From: Acidobacteriota bacterium
Lineage (GTDB): Bacteria > Acidobacteriota > Polarisedimenticolia > J045
Assembly: GCA_025456425.1 (NCBI GenBank)
Contig: JALOKP010000007.1
Span: 622-64,621 of the forward strand
Length of the DNA stretch: 64,000 nt
Reading direction: 5' to 3'
Shown here: positions 9,608-21,565 of the stretch, piece by piece
How positions within the stretch are numbered: position 1 is the stretch's first letter
Layout of the letters: each line of letters begins with the position of its first letter
The notes under the pieces: generated by a model
The model's input: the letters and a program-made list of their open reading frames with translations, nothing else
The model's database searches: none
What the model was told of the DNA's origin: nothing
Made by a program: the position numbers and the translations under genes

Positions 9608-9919
9608 GGCTCGGCTCCCCCGAGGAGCGGCCCATCGGAACCCTGAAAGAGTACGCCGAACGCGCGGTGTTTACCCTGGAAGTTCTCGCGGTAGCGGTGC
9701 GGCAGCGGGACGCTGCGCGCTCATGGTCTTTCGAGTCGCAGCGGCGAGCGTCACTCCTCGCCGGCCTGAAGGTCCGAGTTGCAGCGGTGAGTCGCCGCCC
9801 GCCGCGACGAGCGCCTTAGTCGCCATGGGGGGACGGGGCGCGGTCGCAGTGCGCGCGCACCAGGCCGTCCCTTCGACGCAGGATGTCGGTCGCAGCCCGG
9901 CTCCGACGGACCTCGAGAG

Positions 9920-9948
9920 TTGACTCATGACTATGATCATTCCATACT
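9920..9948 (+). promoter_or_regulatory. Sigma70-like promoter TTGACT-N17-CATACT placed 6 nt before the vapB ATG (possible leaderless transcript)
   Basis: TTGACT at 9920-9925 and CATACT at 9943-9948, with the ATG at 9955. It sits in an AT-rich patch within GC-rich DNA, and no SD sequence fits in between. Confidence 0.3.
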
Positions 9949-9954
9949 CTATAC

Positions 9955-10212
9955 ATGAGCAAGAGGCTTCAGTTGATCGTCGATGACGCGGAGTTCCGCG
10001 AGCTCCAGAAGGTCGCGCGCGCCCGCCGGATGACCCTCTCGGAGTGGGTCCGCCAGGCGCTGCGCGCCGCGCGCCGGGAGCAGCCCGCGGCCGACTCGGG
10101 GCGGAAGCTCGCGGCCGTGCGGTCCGCCGCCCGGCACGCCTTCCCGACCGCGGACATCGACGCGATGCTGGGCGAGATCGAGCAGGGCTACCTGGGGCCG
10201 GTGAGCGGGTGA
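9955..10212 (+). CDS. vapB: Ribbon-helix-helix (CopG/VapB-like) antitoxin
   Basis: 85 aa. [36 protein letters not shown] is a typical RHH N-terminus. There is a 4-nt GTGA overlap with the downstream PIN gene. Confidence 0.8.
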   Translation: MSKRLQLIVDDAEFRELQKVARARRMTLSEWVRQALRAARREQPAADSGRKLAAVRSAARHAFPTADIDAMLGEIEQGYLGPVSG

Positions 10213-10607
10213 TCTTCGTCGACTCCAACATCCCGATGTACCTCGTGGGCGCGGCGCATCCCCACAAGGCGGACGCGCAGCGGCTGCTCGAGCAGCTCAT
10301 CGTCGCCGGCGAGCGCCTCGTGACCGACGCCGAGGTGCTGCAGGAGATCCTGCACCGCTACGTCGCGATCGAGCGGCGGGATGCGATCCAGCCCGCGTTC
10401 GACGCGCTGCTCGGCATCGTCGACGAGATCTTCCCCGTGACCGGCCCGGACGTCGCGCAGGCGAAGTCCATCGTCCTGGCGCGACCGGGCCTCTCCGCCC
10501 GCGACGCGCTGCACGTCGCGGTGATGGGGGCGCACGGCGTCACGCGGATCCTCAGTTTCGACGCGGCGTTCGACGGCGTTCCCGGGATCGAGCGGCTCGC
10601 GGGCTGA
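10209..10607 (+). CDS. vapC: PIN-domain ribonuclease toxin (VapC family)
   Basis: GTG at 10209. [11 protein letters not shown]...[13 protein letters not shown]...[11 protein letters not shown]...ILSFDAAFD carries the conserved PIN acidic residues (D5, E, D, D). Confidence 0.85.
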   Translation: MIFVDSNIPMYLVGAAHPHKADAQRLLEQLIVAGERLVTDAEVLQEILHRYVAIERRDAIQPAFDALLGIVDEIFPVTGPDVAQAKSIVLARPGLSARDALHVAVMGAHGVTRILSFDAAFDGVPGIERLAG

Positions 10608-10699
10608 GTCGCGGCGGCGGGGCGCGCGCCCGGTCGGGTCCCGGCGCCGGCGCACGGCGCGCACTGCTCCGGCGATAATGCCGAGATCCGGAGCCCCGC

Positions 10700-12735
<2,036 letters not shown>

Positions 12736-12739
<4 letters not shown>

Positions 12740-14145
12740 GGCGGAAAGCGCGCCGCCCCGCCGGGCTGTCGCGCGAGGCGCGTCACGCCAGGCTCGCGGG
12801 CCTGGGCGCGGAGCGGCTGGCCGAGGCACTGCTCGACTGGGCCGGGCGCGACGCGGCGATCGACGAAGCGGTCGAGCTGATGATCGAGGAGGGCGACCCG
12901 CAGGGCCTGGCGGCGGCGCTGCGCGGGCGGATCGCCGCGCTCGCGCGGGACGGCGGCGACTTCGTGCGGTACGGCGGCAGCTTCCCGCTGGCGCACGCCC
13001 AGCGGGACCTGCTCGCCGCGATCCGCGAGCGGGTCCTGCCGCACGAGCCGGCCGCGGCCTTCGAGCTGGCGGACGCCTTCCTGCGCACCGACACCGCGGT
13101 CCTGGAGCGCACCGAAGACTCGAGCGGGGTCGTCGGGGACGAGTTCCGCGACGCCAGCCGGCTCTGGCTGGAAGCGGCCGCGCGCTGCGCGGAGCCACGC
13201 GACTGGCCGGCGCTGCTCTTCGAGCGCGCGACCAACGACGACTTCGGCGTCCGCGCCCCGCTGCTCTCGGAGGCCGCAACGTTGCTGCCGGAGCCGGAAC
13301 TCCGGCGGCTGGTCGCCCGCTTCGAGGCCGTGGCGGCCGAGGCCGAGGCCGCCGGCCCGGAGGACCGAACCTGGGCCCGCGCGGCCGCATGGAGCCAGAT
13401 CACGCTGCTGGCCCGCGCGCTGCGCGATCCCGCGCTCTACGAGCGGGCGGTCGCCGGTCCCCGCGGCACGCTGAACGAGGGGCAGCTCCGGTCCGTCGCG
13501 GAGTTCCACCTCGCCTGCGGCGACGCGGCGGGTGCGCTGGAGCGGCTGAACCGGGCGGAGGAAGGATCGTCGCACCGCGACTGGCGCCTGCGGGCGCTGT
13601 GCCACGCCGCGCTCGGCCAGCGCGAGCAGCAGATCGACGCACTGTGGCACCAGTTCGATGAGTTTCTGTGGTGGGGTACGTTCGAGGAGCTGCTCGCGCT
13701 GCACCCCGCGGAAGAGCGCGAGGCGGTGCGCCAGCGGGCCCGCGCGCAGGCGCTGGGTTTCCGGGACGCGGCGGGCGCGATCGAGTTCCTGCTGCGCGGC
13801 GGCTGGACCGACGACGCGGAGCGGCGGGCCATCGAACGCCAGGGCCAGCTGGAGCACGCCGGCTACCACCACCTGCTCGGACTGACCGAGCTGGCCCACG
13901 CGGCCGGCCGGCCGCGGATCGAGGTCGCCTGCTACCGCGCGCTGCTGCTGGACATCCTCCACGAGGGCCGCAGCCGCGCCTATCACCACGCCGCCGACTA
14001 CGTGCTGCAGCTCGAGCGGCTGGACGCGGAGCTGCCGGCCGGCGACCCGCTCGGACGGCACGCCGAGTTCATGCTGCCGGTGCGCGAGAAGCACAGGCGC
14101 AAGTCGTCGTTCTGGGCCCAACTGGAGCAGGCGCGGCGGGGGTGA
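12736..14145 (+). CDS. Hypothetical all-helical (TPR-like) protein, translationally coupled to the SEC-C gene
   Basis: GTG at 12736 overlaps the upstream stop (GTGA). The composition is coherent, unlike a shadow ORF (LLDWAGRDAAIDEAVELMIEEGDPQG...YHHAADYVLQLERLD). I recognise no catalytic motif. Confidence 0.65.
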
Positions 14146-14164
14146 CCCGGCACGCGCGGAGGGA

Positions 14165-15166
14165 TCAGGCGCGCCGTCCCCGGCCTCCGCCGCCTCCTCC
14201 GCGCGGCCGGAGCGGACGCAGCACCTCGGCCAGCCGGGCGCGCGGGTCGCGGAAGGCGACCTGCGCGGGGTCGAACGCGGCCGGATCGAACGCACCGCCC
14301 AGCCAGTCCGTCAGCTCTCCATGCTCGGGGTGATACCGGTCGCGCAGGACCGCCAGCAGCTCGCCGTAGCCGATCGGCCCGCCGCAGTCCTCGGGCGGGC
14401 AGGCGCGCGCGCCGGCGAGGCAGCGCGGATAGCGTGCCCCCGGCTCGCGCGGCAGCCCCTTCTCCAGCCGCACGGTGTGGAACCAGTCGTCGCCGAAGTC
14501 GTACCAGTAGGTGAGTTCGGGGCGGCGCCGTGAAAGCACGCTCGCGACGGACACGTCCCACGCCGGCTCGGTCTCCCCGGAGAGCCCCGCCAGTCCGTCC
14601 GGGATCCCGATCCGGCGCACGGTGCCGCCGGGCCCCTCGGCCTCGAACACGTGCAGGTGGCTGTCGGTCCAGCCCATCGCGTCCTGGATCGCGACGTGCA
14701 GGTCCCAGAAGGTGCAGGTGGCCGGGAGCTGGATGCGGCGCCAGACCGCCGGGCGCACGCGGTCGAGCTGGACGCGGAGTTGGAGGATCTCGTCGGCGCC
14801 GGATGCGGGGCCGGTGCGCGGCGCCGCCGGGCGCGGCGTGCGCCCTTCGCGGCGGTCCCACGCGGTCCCCGCCCAGCCCGAGACCAGGCCTCGGTCCCCG
14901 CAGCCGCGGCACTCCCAGGTGATCCCCTCGCCGCCGTCCCCGACGGTCTCCCCGGCCGCGGCCGCGACGATCGGCCCCGGGCAGGGCCGGCGTCCCGGCC
15001 GGCGCCGGCACGCGACGGGAAGCACCCGGGGCGCGCCGAACCGGCCGGTCGTGGCCGCCTCGACGATGCCGGCGAAGAAGGCGCCGAGCCGGCCCGGCGG
15101 GCCGCCCGCCAGCGAGCCGTCGTCCTGCAGGAAGTGGGAGAGGTTCGTGACCCAGGTGTCCGGCAT
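14165..15166 (-). CDS. Plasmid pRiA4b ORF-3-like family protein
   Basis: Start at MPDTW (ATG 15166). LQLRVQLDRVRPAVWRRIQLPATCTFWDLHVAIQDAMGWTDSHLHVFE is the hallmark of PF07929. Also YWYDFGDDWFH and ACPPEDCGG. Confidence 0.85.
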   Translation of the reverse strand: MPDTWVTNLSHFLQDDGSLAGGPPGRLGAFFAGIVEAATTGRFGAPRVLPVACRRRPGRRPCPGPIVAAAAGETVGDGGEGITWECRGCGDRGLVSGWAGTAWDRREGRTPRPAAPRTGPASGADEILQLRVQLDRVRPAVWRRIQLPATCTFWDLHVAIQDAMGWTDSHLHVFEAEGPGGTVRRIGIPDGLAGLSGETEPAWDVSVASVLSRRRPELTYWYDFGDDWFHTVRLEKGLPREPGARYPRCLAGARACPPEDCGGPIGYGELLAVLRDRYHPEHGELTDWLGGAFDPAAFDPAQVAFRDPRARLAEVLRPLRPRGGGGGGRGRRA

Positions 15167-15494
15167 GGCGCGGCTCCGCGCGATGGGCGCTGTGTGGGGC
15201 ACAGGGTAAACGACCCGGAGGCGACGGGGGACGCCCCGGAGGGGGCGGCTCTGTTTCTTCGCAGGAAGTCGCCAGGCACCCGTCGTTCGATTCGCCGCCA
15301 ACGATGACTCAGTCGATTCCCGACCGTTTCAGCGGCGCGACTGGGCCCGGCAGCGGCTGAACCGAGGGGACTTCACGCGCGCCGGCTTCGGACTCCGCTC
15401 TCTCATGGCCGGAAACTCCCTCTGCGGTTGGGCTCGATGTGGCCCGTGGCTGCTCGGCACGCAGCGTAGCCTTCCCCTGAGCGAAGGGAGGCCT

Positions 15495-15523
15495 TTTCAA
15501 CGATGTTTGTGGTATCGTATAGT
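15495..15523 (+). promoter_or_regulatory. Candidate promoter TTTCAA-N17-TATAGT upstream of the hicA-like gene
   Basis: AT-rich patch ...ttttcaacgatgtttgtggtatcgtatagtagtatcattg... lying 32 nt before ATG 15556. Confidence 0.3.
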
Positions 15524-15555
15524 AGTATCATTGTTCATAGAAGCCTTGCGGCCCC

Positions 15556-15822
15556 ATGAGCAGCGACCTGAGCAGCCGCCACCGCGGGACGCTCGAGGCC
15601 CTGTTCGCGGAGCCGACGCGTGCCGGGATTGCTTGGGATGACGTCGTGGCGCTGCTGCGTGCGCTCGGCGCCGAGCACGCGCAGGGCCGGGGGAGCCGGG
15701 AGCGCTTCACCCTGAACGGCGTGCGCATGGTGCTCCACCGCCCGCACCCGCGAAAGGAACTTGGACGGGCGGCCGTTCGGGATGTACGCGACTTCCTCAG
15801 TCACGCGGGGATCGAGCCATGA
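15556..15822 (+). CDS. hicA: HicA-like toxin (long N-terminal variant)
   Basis: 88 aa. ...GSRERFTLNGVRMVLHRPHPRKELGRAAVRDVRDFLSHAGI matches the HicA C-terminal pattern (GS..f...hrPHp.kel....v..v..fL...G). It overlaps the downstream hicB by 4 nt. Confidence 0.6.
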   Translation: MSSDLSSRHRGTLEALFAEPTRAGIAWDDVVALLRALGAEHAQGRGSRERFTLNGVRMVLHRPHPRKELGRAAVRDVRDFLSHAGIEP

Positions 15823-16220
15823 ACGACACGCTGCGCTACAAGGACTACCTGGCCCAGGTCGAGTACGACGCCGAGAGCGACTCGTTCCACGGCCGCGTGC
15901 TCAACGTCCGCGACGTGATCACCTTCGAGGGGCGCTCCGTCGCCGAGCTGAAGCGGGAGTTCGCGGCCTCCGTGGAGGACTACCTCGAGTACTGCGCGGC
16001 CCGGGGTGAGTCGCCGGAGCGTCCCTACTCCGGCCGCTTCATCGTCCGCGTGGAGCCGGAGGTCCACCGCGCCATTGCGGCCGCCGCGACGCGCTCGGGC
16101 AAGAGCCTCAACCTCTGGGTGGCCGAGGTCCTCGAGCGGGGGGCGGCCCCGCAGGCGGATCGCGAGGCGCCGCGACGGAAGCCGCGCGCCCTGGCTCGCC
16201 GTCCCCGCAATCGCGGCTGA
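15819..16220 (+). CDS. hicB: HicB-family antitoxin with a C-terminal RHH DNA-binding domain
   Basis: 133 aa. MNDTLRYKDYLAQVEYDAESDSFHGRVLNVRDVITFEGRSVAELKREFAASVEDYLEYC...GRFIVRVEPEVHRAIAAAATRSGKSLNLWV is the canonical HicB layout. Confidence 0.85.
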   Translation: MNDTLRYKDYLAQVEYDAESDSFHGRVLNVRDVITFEGRSVAELKREFAASVEDYLEYCAARGESPERPYSGRFIVRVEPEVHRAIAAAATRSGKSLNLWVAEVLERGAAPQADREAPRRKPRALARRPRNRG

Positions 16221-16640
16221 ACCCCGGCGGGCCCCCTGCTCCCACGCGATCCCCAGCTCGACGAGCAGGTCCAGCGCCGGGGCCCCGACGAAGCCGCCGA
16301 TCGCGAGCACGGCGGCCTCGAGGGCCTGCGGCAGCCCGGCGACGAGAGCGAGAGGCGGGACCGGCGGGAGCGCCGCGGGCGCGAAGGCGCGGACCGGCTC
16401 GATCACCTCGAACACGCGGACGAGCACGAGTGCGTTGCTGAAACGCTCGAGGCTCGCGTCCCGGCGACTTCGCGTGCCTGCGTGTGGCGGTCCCGGAGCT
16501 GGGCACCTCTTCCGCCCGAGGCGCTGATCCCGGCTCTGGGACGCTCGCAGATCCGAACACTGCACCCGATCGTCAGGGCGTTGGATGATGCCTGGCGAGT
16601 CGCGGCGCGTCGCAGCGCAGCGCCCCCCCGGGTTGCATCC

Positions 16641-16784
16641 ATGTCCGATTCGACATATACAGACGGTGACGAGCGTCCGCTGGTGTGGCTGGCCGGCGAG
16701 ATTCACACGCCGCCGTTCTCGCGGAAGGGCCGGCTGCTCGCAGGCTACCTGCTCCGGCGGCTGCGGGAGTACGACGATGCGTGA
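16641..16784 (+). pseudogene. Truncated Gp49/HigB-like (RelE superfamily) toxin remnant, 47 codons
   Basis: MSDSTYTDGDERPLVWLAGEIHTPPFSRKGRLLAGYLLRRLREYDDA keeps the family N-terminus (WLhGEikTPPFS..aR.eaGyLLrrLq) and a C-terminal-like RLrEYD tail. It lacks the roughly 60-aa core. Confidence 0.5.
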
Positions 16785-17091
16785 GCGGAGGGCCGAGCGG
16801 CTCGAAGCGCTCGGCTGGCGGACGGGGGATGCAGCAGCGTTCCTCGGCCTGTCGGCGGAGGAAGCGGCCTATGTCGAGGTGAAGGTCCGGCTCGCGGAGG
16901 GTCTCAGGCGGCGCCGAGCCGCGCTCGAGCTGACCCAGACCGCGCTGGCCGAGGCCGTCGGCTCCAGCCAGTCGCGCGTCGCCAAGATGGAGCGCGCGGA
17001 CGCGACGGTGTCGCTCGATCTCCTGATCCGTGCCCTGCTGGCGCTCGGGGCGACGCGGCACGACCTGGCCAGGCTGCTGCGCGGCCGGTGA
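16777..17091 (+). CDS. XRE-family HTH antitoxin, partner of the Gp49/HigB-like toxin
   Basis: ATG 16777 overlaps the remnant. LGWRTGDAAAFLGLSAEEAAYVEVKVRL...LTQTALAEAVGSSQSRVAKMERADATVSLDLLIRALLALGA is the typical sequence of this antitoxin family. Confidence 0.8.
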   Translation: MRERRAERLEALGWRTGDAAAFLGLSAEEAAYVEVKVRLAEGLRRRRAALELTQTALAEAVGSSQSRVAKMERADATVSLDLLIRALLALGATRHDLARLLRGR

Positions 17092-17106
17092 CGCGCGTCG
17101 CCGGGC

Positions 17107-20100
17107 TCAGGGGCACGGATCCGGCGCCGGCGGCGAGGCCGCGCCGTCCTCCAGCCCGACGCGCGGACCCGGTGCCGGCACGCCCTGCCCGAAGGTCGCC
17201 ACTCCGCAGGTGTTCCGCGCGCGGACCAGGACGTAGCGCGCCTCGCCGGCCGGCGGGCCCGCGCCCGGATCGGCCAGCGGCGGCTCGCCGGCCGCGCTGG
17301 CGAGGCACTGCGCCCCCGCGAACGAGCCGTCGGCGCGAAGCTCCGAGGCCAGGCCGTCCACCAGGTCGTAGCGCGTGCCGGTCCCGGCCGCGGCGGCCTG
17401 CGAGGCCCACTCGATCGACGCCGCGCCGCCGTCGCGCTCCAGCGTGACGCCCGCGACCTCGACCGGAACGCGCCACGCCCCCGCGTCGCCGTCGGCGCAG
17501 TCGCACGCCGCGCCGCGTCCGTCGGCGTCGGCGTCGAGCTGGTCGGGGTTCGGGAGGCCCGGGCAGTTGTCGCCGACGTCGCCGATCCCGTCGCGGTCCT
17601 CGTCGAGCGCGGTCAGCTCGAGGAAGGTCACGCCGTTGACGAGCAGCGGCGCGTCGACGAGCAGCGACCCGCCCGGCGCGTCGAGATCGATGGGCGGGCC
17701 GTCCTCGACCAGTTCGTCCGCCGCCTCGAGCGCCGCGATCTCCCACGGCCGGTAGAGAGACTGGCGCGGCAGCGCCTCGTAGGCGCGGAAGGGGCTCGAG
17801 TGGTCGCGGTCGACGCGCCAGCGCCGCAGCGTGACGCGGGGCCACGGGACGCCGTTCAGGGTGAGGCGCGCCGCCAGCGGCGCGGGCTCCTCCGCGCCGG
17901 TGTCGTAGGGGTCGTGGGCGTAGAGCAGCACGCGGTGGGCGCCGGGGGACGGGCTGCGGAAGCCTGCCACCCGGACGCCGGCCCGCTCCTGGGCCGGCAG
18001 CGGCGCGAGCTGGCGGTTCATCCGCGCGGTCAGCGCGAGGTAGTTGAAGACCGCCTTGCGGATCGTCGCGATCCGGTCCTCGGTGCCGTCGCCGTCGTCG
18101 TCGACCCGCATCAGCCCTGTGACCGCGGCGATGCCGTCGCCGTTGTAGTCGAAAGGCCAGACCGTCAGCACCGACTCGTGGTGCGCGTAGCGCGGGTCGG
18201 CGGCGGCGCGCTCGACGAGGCGCCCGGTCCAGTCGGCGCACCAGGCCGGGTAGTAGCCGTTGCCGCGGTACATCTGGCGCGAGGCGGGATCGGTGCGAGG
18301 AATCCAGTCCGGCGTCGACTCGTAGGAGTCGACGCTCAGGGAATCGAAGGTGACGGGATCGATCGCGAGCGAGTCGTCGCGGACCTCCAGCATGTCCTTG
18401 ACCGCCTGCGGGGCGATCTCGTACTCGTGGATCGAGACGAAGTCGAGCGGCATCCCGCGGCCGGCCGATGAGTCGCACAGGGCCTGGACCCGCCCGGCCC
18501 GGCGGCCGGCGAAGGCGGGATCGGCGCAGACGAAGTTCTGCTCGGCGATGTCCCCTTCCGGCCTGTTCGCGGTCGGCGAGGCGTGCCACAGGACGTCCTT
18601 GATCCAGGCGCGGCCGCCGAGGCCAGCGGCCTCGATCCCGCCGACGCGGATCCCCGCAGTGTCGTACCCGCGGTCCTCGAACGCGGTGAGGACGGCGTTG
18701 ATCGTGTAGTCGCAGTAGGCCAGGAACTCGTCCTTCGTGCCGGACCAGAAGATGCTGAAGTTGTTCTCGTTGCCGACGCTGTAGGGGAAGGTGCGCGCGG
18801 CCGCGCCGTAGCGATCGATCAGGTGGAACACGAACTCGCGCACGAAGCCGTGCCACTGCAGCCAGTCCTTGGGCGGCGAGGTGCTGCCGTGCCCGCCGGT
18901 GCTGGCCGGCACCGGGACGCGCGCCAGGTCGAGCGGCACGTACGAGAAGTTGACCTGGACCCGGCGCCCGTGCTGGCCGTGGACCACGTCCCACTCGTCG
19001 TCCACCCGCCGCCAGTAGTAGACGGGCGTCCCCACCGGCGAGACCTTGCGCAGGTAGCAGAGCGGGAGCGTGAAGTTGTCGGGGGTGTCGGGGTTGTCCG
19101 CCGGGTGCGAGCCCGCGTAGTCGAAGACCCAGCCGGTCTGGGTCAGCTTCGAGACGACGACGCGGCGGCTCGTGTCGTCGACCGACTCGACGGTGGCGAT
19201 CTCGTACTTGGTGCGATCGGCGATGCTGACGCGGTCCCCGGGGTGGTAGTCGGCGCTGAGCGGCCGGCCGGGCGCGATCCCGTAGAGCGGGCCTTCCTCG
19301 ATGTCCTCGACGGTCAGGACCGAGCGGCCGTTGATCGTCTGGATGGCCGTGATGCGGCGGGTCTCGCGCTCGCGCACCGGGTTGGGGTTGCCGTCGAAGA
19401 CGCCGTTGTGCCAGAAGTCGCTGGTCATTGGCCAGTCGCGCTGCAGCGACCAGGCGTCGGGGTTGATCGCGCGGACCGTGTCCATCAGGTCGTACGAGTC
19501 GTACTGGTCGAACATCCGGCTGGTGTCGAAGCTGGGCTTGACGATCCCGCTGAAGAACCAGCCGTCCCAGGTGACCGGCGGTGCGCCCAGGTCTACGGTC
19601 CACGCGAACGGCGCGCTCCCCAGACTGGCCCGCGTCGTGAACGACCAACTGTCCTGGGCCGTGTCGATCGGGACGTTGTCCAGCGTCTCGGCGTAGACGT
19701 CCACGCGGTGACCGCGCGCGGCGGCCAGCGCCGCGTCGGGGACCGCGTACACCGCGACGCCGTTGTCCGCGCCGCTATCCACGCCGGTGACGACCGAGCC
19801 GTGGAACCCCGCGGCGAACTGCCGCCCCGCCAGCAGGACCGGAATCGGAGCGCCGCCCGACGGGACGAGCGTCACGGTGATCGAGTCGGGGTCGACCGCG
19901 CCGGCCGCGCCGTTCGTGTCGGGAACGACGACCTCGAGGTAGAGGCTGGTCGCCGTCGTGACGTTGGTTCGCCCGGAGTACGGGCGCGGGACGGGGTTCG
20001 CGTTCGGCCGGCCGAAGACGGCGCCGTCGAAGCGGAGGCGCGGCGCGGCGGAGGCGGCGAGGGCGGGGGGGGCGGTGAGCAGCGCGGCGGCGAGCGCGGC

Positions 20101-20181
20101 GACGGCGAGGGCGAGACCGGGGGCGGCGTTGAGCGCGGCGCGCCGGGGCTGCGAGGGCGGGCGGGCGGCGAAGCGGACCAT
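17107..20181 (-). CDS. Secreted clan GH-A (GH39-like) glycoside-hydrolase-like protein with a thrombospondin type-3 repeat and a C-terminal shared module
   Basis: Likely start is MVRFAARPP (ATG 20181), followed by the signal-like LALAVAALAAALLTAPPALAASA. Motifs FPYSVGNENNFSIFW and LDFVSIHEYE fit the two catalytic-Glu regions of the GH-A fold. The protein also carries DEDRDGIGDVGDNCPGLPNPDQLDADADGRGAACD. Confidence 0.6.
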   Translation of the reverse strand: MVRFAARPPSQPRRAALNAAPGLALAVAALAAALLTAPPALAASAAPRLRFDGAVFGRPNANPVPRPYSGRTNVTTATSLYLEVVVPDTNGAAGAVDPDSITVTLVPSGGAPIPVLLAGRQFAAGFHGSVVTGVDSGADNGVAVYAVPDAALAAARGHRVDVYAETLDNVPIDTAQDSWSFTTRASLGSAPFAWTVDLGAPPVTWDGWFFSGIVKPSFDTSRMFDQYDSYDLMDTVRAINPDAWSLQRDWPMTSDFWHNGVFDGNPNPVRERETRRITAIQTINGRSVLTVEDIEEGPLYGIAPGRPLSADYHPGDRVSIADRTKYEIATVESVDDTSRRVVVSKLTQTGWVFDYAGSHPADNPDTPDNFTLPLCYLRKVSPVGTPVYYWRRVDDEWDVVHGQHGRRVQVNFSYVPLDLARVPVPASTGGHGSTSPPKDWLQWHGFVREFVFHLIDRYGAAARTFPYSVGNENNFSIFWSGTKDEFLAYCDYTINAVLTAFEDRGYDTAGIRVGGIEAAGLGGRAWIKDVLWHASPTANRPEGDIAEQNFVCADPAFAGRRAGRVQALCDSSAGRGMPLDFVSIHEYEIAPQAVKDMLEVRDDSLAIDPVTFDSLSVDSYESTPDWIPRTDPASRQMYRGNGYYPAWCADWTGRLVERAAADPRYAHHESVLTVWPFDYNGDGIAAVTGLMRVDDDGDGTEDRIATIRKAVFNYLALTARMNRQLAPLPAQERAGVRVAGFRSPSPGAHRVLLYAHDPYDTGAEEPAPLAARLTLNGVPWPRVTLRRWRVDRDHSSPFRAYEALPRQSLYRPWEIAALEAADELVEDGPPIDLDAPGGSLLVDAPLLVNGVTFLELTALDEDRDGIGDVGDNCPGLPNPDQLDADADGRGAACDCADGDAGAWRVPVEVAGVTLERDGGAASIEWASQAAAAGTGTRYDLVDGLASELRADGSFAGAQCLASAAGEPPLADPGAGPPAGEARYVLVRARNTCGVATFGQGVPAPGPRVGLEDGAASPPAPDPCP

Positions 20182-20340
20182 GCGGGCTCCCGGGGGGCGG
20201 GGAGAAGGTACGCCGATCGGGGAGGCGGGGACAGGGGGTGGCGGATCCTGCGGCCAGCTCGCGCAGCCGGCGCGAGCGCGCGGCGAGCGCTTGGAGCCAG
20301 TGCCAGCGTGCCTGCTCCGGGGCCGAATCCCGCGTTCGGG

Positions 20341-20481
20341 ATGAACGCGCACGAGAACCGGGGTGTGCCGGCTCAGTGCGGGTTACTGTCCTCGCCTGGT
20401 CGCGAGCATGGACACGCTGCTGACCTTGCCCCGAGAACGCTGCGGAGTATCCTCCAGCAGGCGGGCCTTCCACGGGATTGA
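20341..20481 (+). pseudogene. HicA toxin remnant (C-terminal third only)
   Basis: 46-codon ORF MNAHENRGVPAQCGLLSSPGREHGHAADLAPRTLRSILQQAGLPRD. The tail equals the HicA consensus ...H...dl.pgTLRsILkqAGL. The N-terminal dsRBD-like half is absent. It ends 4 nt before the hicB ATG. Confidence 0.5.
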
Positions 20482-20485
20482 CTCC

Positions 20486-20698
20486 ATGCGCTACCTGATC
20501 GTGATCGAGCGAACCGCGACCGGCTACTCGGCCTACTGCCCGGACCTGCCGGGCTGCGTCGCAGCGGCCGTTTCCCTCGAGGCCGCCGAGCGGGAGATGC
20601 GAGACGCCGTCGCCTTCCACATCGAGGGGCTGCGGCGGGAGGGGCTCCCCGTTCCGGAGCCGTCGGCGCGCTACTCGGTGGTCGAGGTGTCGGCGTAG
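20486..20698 (+). CDS. hicB: HicB-like (UPF0150) antitoxin
   Basis: ATG 20486. MRYLIVIERTATGYSAYCPDLPGCVAAAVSLEAAEREMRDAVAFHIEGLRREGLPVPEP. Confidence 0.8.
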   Translation: MRYLIVIERTATGYSAYCPDLPGCVAAAVSLEAAEREMRDAVAFHIEGLRREGLPVPEPSARYSVVEVSA

Positions 20699-20910
20699 GT
20701 GTCGCGCCGCCGTCGGCGAACAGGGTGACTCGGCCTGCCGTCCCGCCGGCGCAACGTCGTTGCTGCTCCCGCCCGCTCGGAGATGGCCTCGTCCGTCGTG
20801 TCGACGTATCCTGTCTTCGTATCGAACCCAGCCCCTGTGCCACGTCCGTGATCCAAGTGGGTTTCGGCCCACACGTGGTGCAGGGGCGTTCTTCTGGGCG
20901 GGGTATCCCG

Positions 20911-21537
20911 ATGAGCTTCCCCGAGCGAGTCGCGATCCTCCTCGACGGTGAGTTTGCCAAGCGGGCGCTCCAGAAGGGGCGCAAGCGGTTCCCGACCGCC
21001 GAGGACGTGATGGCCGAAGTCCGGCGCCTCCTCAGTGCCGACCCGTTGCGCTCGCTCGAGTTGTATCGCGTCTTCTACTACACCGCCGACCCCCTGACCG
21101 GATCCGCGACGCACCCGCTGTCCCGCCAACCGCTGGAGTTCGGTGCGACCGATACGTACTCCCGTAACGCCCGGCTCATTGCCAGCCTGGAGGTCCAGGC
21201 GGATGTCGCGGTCCGGCGCGGCACTCTCGCCCACCAGGGCTGGGAGATCGGAAGGAGTGCCGTCAGGGCGCTCGTGCAGGGGGCGAAGGTCAGCATCGAG
21301 CCGGGCGACATCGTGCCGAAGGTCCAGCAGAAGGGGGTCGACATGAGGATCGGCCTCGATATCGCGTCCCTGGCCCTGAAGCGACTGGTGTCGACGATCG
21401 TGCTCGTAACCGGCGATTCCGACCTCGTCCCCGCCATGAAGCTCGCGCGCCGAGAGGGACTCCGTGTCTACCTCGACACGCTCGGCAGCCTGAGTGTCCG
21501 GGCGGAGCTGAAGATCCACGCCGACCAGCTGCTGTAG
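20911..21537 (+). CDS. NYN-domain (LabA/DUF88-like, PIN-related) predicted ribonuclease
   Basis: ATG 20911. RVAILLDGEF...KGVDMRIGLDIASLALKRLVSTIVLVTGDSDLVPAMKLARREGLRVYL is the NYN signature (D...KGVD...tGDsDf.P). Confidence 0.8.
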   Translation: MSFPERVAILLDGEFAKRALQKGRKRFPTAEDVMAEVRRLLSADPLRSLELYRVFYYTADPLTGSATHPLSRQPLEFGATDTYSRNARLIASLEVQADVAVRRGTLAHQGWEIGRSAVRALVQGAKVSIEPGDIVPKVQQKGVDMRIGLDIASLALKRLVSTIVLVTGDSDLVPAMKLARREGLRVYLDTLGSLSVRAELKIHADQLL

Positions 21538-21565
21538 TGGCGGATCCCCTCTGCCTGCCGGTTCT

